33,910 nucleotides of DNA from the sequence record SRR31156797_8225; one strand, 5' to 3'. Of the stretch, positions 29,124 through 33,910 are shown one piece after another (positions within the stretch are counted from its first letter, which is position 1; the number at the start of each line of letters is the position of its first letter). Made by a program: the position numbers and the translations under genes. The notes beneath the pieces are model-generated. The model saw only the letters and a list, made by a program, of their open reading frames with translations, did no database searches and was not told where the DNA came from.

Positions 29124-29240
29124 TTTTCTCTTCTAGATTGACAAAATCTTTCATTTAAAACTCCTTCTTAGTTATAAAAATACATATTAATCATGTGGTT
29201 AATCGATTTCTCGTTATCAATACAAGCGACTCTGTACAGT

Positions 29241-29257
29241 TTGGAACACATTTTGCC
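29241..29257 (+). promoter_or_regulatory. Sigma54 promoter of amt
   Basis: TTGGAACACATTTTGCC; IHF-like AATCATGTGGTTA at 29189-29201. Confidence 0.75.
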
Positions 29258-29361
29258 TATGCAGTGTACAAACATAATAAATTCACCATTTTTGTGAATT
29301 GATAATTTTTAAGCACCTGCTTGGTGCGATTATTTATATTGCTGCATGGAGTGTAACGAGA

Positions 29362-30582
29362 ATGACTCAAACTGTAAGTCAGGTATACGGAGCTGTACAA
29401 ACCCTGACCCAAAGTTCCGACACCTTATTTTTATTGCTTGGCGCCATTATGGTGTTCTTAATGCATTCAGGTTTTGCTTTTTTAGAAGTGGGGACAGTGC
29501 GTAAGAAAAACCAAGTGAATGCTTTGGTCAAAATTTTAGCCGACTTTGGTATCTCAGCTATCGCTTATTTCTTCATTGGCTATTGGATTGCCTATGGTGC
29601 TAACTTCTTTGCCGATGCTCAAACGTTATCTCAAGGTAACGGTTATGAGCTAGTGAAGTTTTTTTTCCTACTGACTTTCGCTGCCGCTATTCCTGCTATC
29701 GTTTCTGGTGGTATTGCTGAACGCGCTCGTTTCTATCCAGTGCTGATCGCAACCTTCTTCACGGTCGGTATCGTTTACCCATTCTTTGAAGGGATCATCT
29801 GGAATGGTAACTATGGTATTCAGCAAGCGTTTGAAAATCGTTTCGGGGCAGGGTTCCATGATTTTGCAGGTTCTGTCGTAGTACACGCGGTTGGCGGTTG
29901 GATCGCCTTGGTCGCGGTATATTTCTTAGGTATGCGTAAAGGCCGTATTCGTGCTGGTAAGCATACTAACTTTGCACCGTCTAACATCCCATTCTTAGCA
30001 TTGGGAGCATGGATATTGTGTGTAGGGTGGTTTGGCTTTAACGTTATGTCAGCGCAAGCAATTGAAGGTATAAGCGGCCTGGTAGCCATGAACTCATTGA
30101 TGGCGATGGTTGGTGGTATCTTGGCGGCTCTTGTGGTTGGTAAGAATGACCCAGGCTTTATTCATAACGGACCGCTAGCTGGCTTAGTTGCTGTGTGTGC
30201 AGGTTCGGACTTAATGCACCCATTTGGTGCCTTAATTACCGGAATTGTTGCTGGGGCGTTGTTTGTTTGGCTGTTCACTCATTTACAAAACAAAACCAAG
30301 ATCGACGATGTACTCGGTGTTTGGCCGTTACACGGAGTTTGTGGTGCATGGGGTGGTATTGCTGCGGGCATTTTTGGCCAGACAGCGCTAGGTGGCCTAG
30401 GCGGTGTTAGCTTCACTGTACAATTGATTGGTACTCTAATGGGCATCGCAGTCGCTTTGATCGGCGCATTTATTGTTTATGGTGCGCTGAACACGCTAAC
30501 AGGTTTGCGATTGTCTGAAGAAGACGAATTTATAGGTGCAGACTTAGCGATTCATAAAATTTCCTCCGTCAGTGAAGAATAA
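29362..30582 (+). CDS. amt: Ammonium transporter (Amt family)
   Basis: DFAGSVVVH, GWFGFN, IDDVLGVWPLHG (twin His retained). Start at ATG 29362 with GGAG RBS. Confidence 0.93.
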   Translation: MTQTVSQVYGAVQTLTQSSDTLFLLLGAIMVFLMHSGFAFLEVGTVRKKNQVNALVKILADFGISAIAYFFIGYWIAYGANFFADAQTLSQGNGYELVKFFFLLTFAAAIPAIVSGGIAERARFYPVLIATFFTVGIVYPFFEGIIWNGNYGIQQAFENRFGAGFHDFAGSVVVHAVGGWIALVAVYFLGMRKGRIRAGKHTNFAPSNIPFLALGAWILCVGWFGFNVMSAQAIEGISGLVAMNSLMAMVGGILAALVVGKNDPGFIHNGPLAGLVAVCAGSDLMHPFGALITGIVAGALFVWLFTHLQNKTKIDDVLGVWPLHGVCGAWGGIAAGIFGQTALGGLGGVSFTVQLIGTLMGIAVALIGAFIVYGALNTLTGLRLSEEDEFIGADLAIHKISSVSEE

Positions 30583-30610
30583 TTACTCTTAACACGGGTA
30601 ACATAACGAG

Positions 30611-30643
30611 CAAAAGCAGACTTTAGGTCTGCTTTTGTCTTTT
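30611..30643 (+). terminator. Intrinsic terminator of amt
   Basis: CAAAAGCAGAC-TTTAG-GTCTGCTTTTG followed by TCTTTT. Confidence 0.8.
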
Positions 30644-30763
30644 CAGCATCACATAAAACGGATTTGGTATTAAAATTAAGACTATGGTCTAACGGCGAAA
30701 ACTACAGTTGTGCAAACAACGGTGCTAATCTAGCCAAAAGCTCAGTAAGTAAAAGGATGTAGT

Positions 30764-31501
30764 ATGAATTTTCCGTATCGTAATGTTGTCATTCTGACCG
30801 GTGCTGGTATATCCGCAGAATCTGGTATTCAAACATTCCGTGCTCAAGATGGACTTTGGGAAAATCACCGTATTGAGGATGTCGCGACACCAGAAGGTTT
30901 TGAAAAAGATCCCGATCTCGTACAAGACTTTTACAACCAACGCCGACGCAAATTGCAATCCGACGCGATTAAACCGAATGCTGCTCATATTGCCCTTGGC
31001 AAGTTAGAGAGTGAGTTAGACGGTAAGGTGACGGTTATTACACAAAACATCGACAACTTGCATGAGCGTGGTGGAAGTCAAAATATCATTCACATGCACG
31101 GTGAGTTGCTGAGAGCTCGTTGTAGCGTTTCAAATCAAACAATTGAGCACAAAGATGACATACTGACAGGTGAACTTTGTCATTGCTGCCAAATACCTGC
31201 TCAGATGCGTCCGCACATTGTGTGGTTTGGAGAAATGCCTTTGAGAATGGGCGACATTTATTCTGCATTGGAAGAGGCGGATTTATTTATTTCAATCGGT
31301 ACTTCAGGCGTAGTTTACCCAGCGGCAGGCTTCGTTCATGATGCAAAAATGCATGGTGCCCATACCATCGAAATCAATTTAGAGCCAAGTGCGGTAGAAA
31401 CTGAATTCGCAGAAAAGCGCTATGGAAAAGCGAGTGTTGAAGTACCCAAACTGGTTGAGGAAATTCTGGAACTGCAACATCCCGATGTAAAACACGCCTA
31501 A
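30764..31501 (+). CDS. cobB: NAD-dependent protein deacylase (sirtuin)
   Basis: [38 protein letters not shown]. Confidence 0.96.
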   Translation: MNFPYRNVVILTGAGISAESGIQTFRAQDGLWENHRIEDVATPEGFEKDPDLVQDFYNQRRRKLQSDAIKPNAAHIALGKLESELDGKVTVITQNIDNLHERGGSQNIIHMHGELLRARCSVSNQTIEHKDDILTGELCHCCQIPAQMRPHIVWFGEMPLRMGDIYSALEEADLFISIGTSGVVYPAAGFVHDAKMHGAHTIEINLEPSAVETEFAEKRYGKASVEVPKLVEEILELQHPDVKHA

Positions 31502-31509
31502 ATCAAGCA

Positions 31510-31543
31510 AAAAATAAAGCGGCTTATTCGCCGCTTTATTTTT
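31510..31543. terminator. Bidirectional intrinsic terminator
   Basis: AAAAATAAAGCGGC-6 nt-GCCGCTTTATTTTT between convergent genes. Confidence 0.88.
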
Positions 31544-31544
31544 A

Positions 31545-32582
31545 TTAGTTAGTCACTTTGAGTTTTTGGAAGTACTCATCGTACAACACACTTGCTTCAC
31601 CAACTTCATCTTGCCATACACCACTGTCCATTACAGATTGAGGAGGGAAGATGTTTGGATCATTTGCGAACTCTTGAGGTAGCAGGGGATATGCTGCTTT
31701 CACAGGTGTTGGGTAACCGATTTCGACCGCAATCTTAGCAGCATTCTCTGGACGAAGAAGGAAATCAATCATCTTATGCGCCGCATCGATGTTTTTCGCA
31801 CCAGAAGGGATGGCAAGGCTGTCCATCCAGAATATCGCGCCTTTTTCTGGCCAGATAATCTCGATATTTGCACCTTCTTCACGTGCCATATACGCAGAAC
31901 CATTCCAAAGCATACCCAGTGATACTTCACCGGCTAGGTATGGGTTAGCTGGAAAGTCAGAGTTGAAAACCAATACGTTTGGCATTAGCTTTTTCAGCTC
32001 TTCGTACGCCGCTTCGATTTCTTTTGCGTCGGTAGTATTTGGCGAGTAACCCAGTTTGGTCAGCGCAATATGGAACACCTCTCGAGAGTCGTCCATTAAC
32101 ATTAACTGACCTTCCCATTTCGCATCCCAGAAGTCACTCCAGTTGTGAACAGAAGACTTATCAAGCATATCGCTATTGATACCAATGCCTGTCGCACCCC
32201 AGATATAAGGAATAGAAAAATTGTTGCTCGGGTCAAAAGGTTTGTTCAAGTAATTTGGGTCGAGATCGACAAAATGAGAAAGTTTTGCTTTGTCGATTTC
32301 TTGTAGCATGCCTTCTTTACGCATTTTAGAAACAAAGTAAGTAGAAGGAACAACTAAATCATAACCTGAACCTTGGGTCTTAAGCTTCGCATACATACTC
32401 TCGTTAGATTCATACGTAGAGTAGATAACTTTAATTCCAGTTTCCTTGGTAAAGTCTTCAAGAACTTCATTTGGAATGTACTCAGACCAGTTGTAAAAAT
32501 ACAGTTCTTGGTCGTTAGCCATTGCATTGGTAGTGAATAGAGTCGCAGCACATAGCGCGCCAGCATACAGTTTACTTTTCAT
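31545..32582 (-). CDS. potD: Spermidine/putrescine ABC transporter substrate-binding protein (canonical pocket)
   Basis: NWSEYI, YSTYESNE, PSTYF, DDSRE, FWMD; start at ATG 32582. Confidence 0.93.
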   Translation of the reverse strand: MKSKLYAGALCAATLFTTNAMANDQELYFYNWSEYIPNEVLEDFTKETGIKVIYSTYESNESMYAKLKTQGSGYDLVVPSTYFVSKMRKEGMLQEIDKAKLSHFVDLDPNYLNKPFDPSNNFSIPYIWGATGIGINSDMLDKSSVHNWSDFWDAKWEGQLMLMDDSREVFHIALTKLGYSPNTTDAKEIEAAYEELKKLMPNVLVFNSDFPANPYLAGEVSLGMLWNGSAYMAREEGANIEIIWPEKGAIFWMDSLAIPSGAKNIDAAHKMIDFLLRPENAAKIAVEIGYPTPVKAAYPLLPQEFANDPNIFPPQSVMDSGVWQDEVGEASVLYDEYFQKLKVTN

Positions 32583-32663
32583 TACAGTTCCATGTTTAGT
32601 GCAAGAGCCTAGCAAGGCAAGAGCGTTATTGAATGTCAAAAATAGTATAACAGCTCAAAAATA

Positions 32664-32687
32664 AATAGGCAGCTTAAGCTGCCTATT
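32664..32687 (-). terminator. Terminator-like hairpin between the two potD genes
   Basis: AATAGGCAGC-TTAA-GCTGCCTATT followed on the minus strand by TATTTTT. Confidence 0.75.
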
Positions 32688-32706
32688 AAAATTCAGGGTC
32701 GGGTGA

Positions 32707-33738
32707 TTACTGACCTGCTTTTAACTTCATGAAATAATCTTCATATTTCACCGTCTTATCGCCAACCGCCGCTTGCCATTCTACACGGTCAAGATCTTCT
32801 TGAGACGGAAATAGTGGCGCAATATCTTTGAACTTCTCGTTCGATTCAGCGACAGCAGTCAGGTAACCTGTATCGTTTGAAATCTGCTCAGCGATTTCCG
32901 GACGAAGTAGGAAATCAATCATCTTGTGTGCGGCGTCGATATTTTTCGCACCAGATGCGATAGCAAAGTTATCTACCCAACCGATACCGCCTTCTTTAGG
33001 AAATACCAGTTTAAGTGGCAGACCTTCTTTTTGCGCCGCTGCCGCAGAACCATTCCAAAGCATACCCAAACCAACTTCACCTGAGAGATAAGGGTCTGCA
33101 GGGTTGTCAGAGTTAAATACCAGAACGTTTGGCATCAACTTTTGTAGCTCGGCGTATGCTTCATCAATTTGCTTATCGTCAGTGGTGTTTCCTGAATAGC
33201 CTAGTTTACGTAGAGCAATGTGGAACACTTCACGAGTATCATCCATCAACATTAACTGACTTTGCAGCTCTGGTTTCCACAAGTCACCCCAGCTTTGGAA
33301 GTCGTTTGGATCATACATGTCGGTATTTACCGCCAGACCTGTAATGGCAACCACGTGTGGAATAGAGTAGTCGTTGTTTGGATCAAAAGGCTTGTTTAAA
33401 TAGTTTTGGTCGAGATTTTTAATATTCGATAGTTTTGATTTATCGATTTTCTGGATCATGCCTTCATCACGCATTTTAGAAACAAAGTACGTTGATGGAA
33501 CAACCAGATCATAACCTTGGTTATGAGTTTTTAGCTTTGCGTATAAAGTTTCATTTGACTCATAAGTTGAGTAGATCACTTTAATACCGGTTTCGGCGGT
33601 GAACTGTTCCAGGATATTACTGTTGATGTATGGTCCCCAGTTCATAAATACCAATTCTTTGTCCTCTGCCACTGCTGATGCAGACAGTAGAGAAAGCGCA
33701 CATGCACTACCAGCTAATAGAGTAGCCCATTTTTTCAT
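32707..33738 (-). CDS. potD: Polyamine ABC transporter substrate-binding protein, second paralogue
   Basis: NWGPYI, YSTYESNE, PSTYF, DDTRE, GWVD; start at ATG 33738 with GGAG RBS. Confidence 0.9.
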   Translation of the reverse strand: MKKWATLLAGSACALSLLSASAVAEDKELVFMNWGPYINSNILEQFTAETGIKVIYSTYESNETLYAKLKTHNQGYDLVVPSTYFVSKMRDEGMIQKIDKSKLSNIKNLDQNYLNKPFDPNNDYSIPHVVAITGLAVNTDMYDPNDFQSWGDLWKPELQSQLMLMDDTREVFHIALRKLGYSGNTTDDKQIDEAYAELQKLMPNVLVFNSDNPADPYLSGEVGLGMLWNGSAAAAQKEGLPLKLVFPKEGGIGWVDNFAIASGAKNIDAAHKMIDFLLRPEIAEQISNDTGYLTAVAESNEKFKDIAPLFPSQEDLDRVEWQAAVGDKTVKYEDYFMKLKAGQ

Positions 33739-33830
33739 TGACGTTAGCTCCAACCAAACGTTGTCCATCTTGGACATTTTAAAGAAAAACAGAGCAGTTT
33801 TAATGTACTACTCTGTTTCGTGTTATTAGT

Positions 33831-33910
33831 TATACCCATGTGACCTCGTTGATGAGCTCCCGAAGGGCGAGTTTAATTCACTCCTATGCTGCGTTACTGA
33901 TTTTCTACGT
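33831..33910 (+). mobile_element. Start of an ERIC-like/MITE repeat, probably internally deleted, running off the window
   Basis: TATACCCATGTGACCTC is 16/17 identical to the reverse complement of 20-36; followed by GCTCCCGAAGGGCGAGTTT, which I recall as an internal motif of Vibrio repeats. Confidence 0.62.

Noticed and set aside
29299-29361. N-terminal extension of Amt in the ORF track, and likewise for FdhD, FdhA, TupA, the kinase and both PotD
   Set aside because: Downstream starts have RBSs and family-typical N-termini; some extensions overlap regulatory elements
31545-33738. Long near-identical stretches between the two potD genes as a repeat element
   Set aside because: Explained by paralogy
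1-33910. Whole window as a composite transposon or genomic island bounded by the inverted 17-mers
   Set aside because: The repeats face outward as ends of separate small elements; no transposase or integrase is present and the gene content is housekeeping-like
1-33910. CRISPR array, tRNA/rRNA, or Moco/Tuco riboswitch
   Set aside because: No periodic repeat-spacer pattern or RNA gene signature seen. The tup and fdh leaders are short and sigma54-type. An Rfam scan would be needed to exclude a riboswitch formally.

Overview
A core-chromosome-like segment, most likely from a Vibrionaceae genome (inferred from gene content and repeat types). The centre is a ~22 kb molybdenum/tungsten-formate locus: mobB-moeA, mobA and tupCBA, a divergent sigma54-dependent two-component system, fdhD, DUF3305/DUF3306, a polyferredoxin, a TorD-family chaperone, a small Tat protein and a Cys-type periplasmic formate dehydrogenase (alpha/beta/gamma). 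Flanking genes are a fructosamine kinase, DUF3802, NlpC/P60, an MCP, a sterol-desaturase-family protein, a DTW protein, nagK, amt, cobB and two potD paralogues. Reading the DNA directly shows four things. (i) There are five sigma54 -24/-12 promoter matches and a recurring 17-bp palindrome, TGRGACA-N3-TGTCYCA, which is the likely binding site of the local enhancer-binding protein; one near-perfect copy lies inside a coding sequence. (ii) A translationally coupled pair, a membrane-anchored STAND/AAA-like protein lacking the Walker A lysine plus an MscS channel, sits inside the locus. (iii) A 40-bp palindrome after the fdh operon could act as both terminator and NtrC enhancer for amt. (iv) Miniature inverted-repeat elements occur at both window edges and at the DTW stop codon. 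All product calls come from motif recognition, not database searches.
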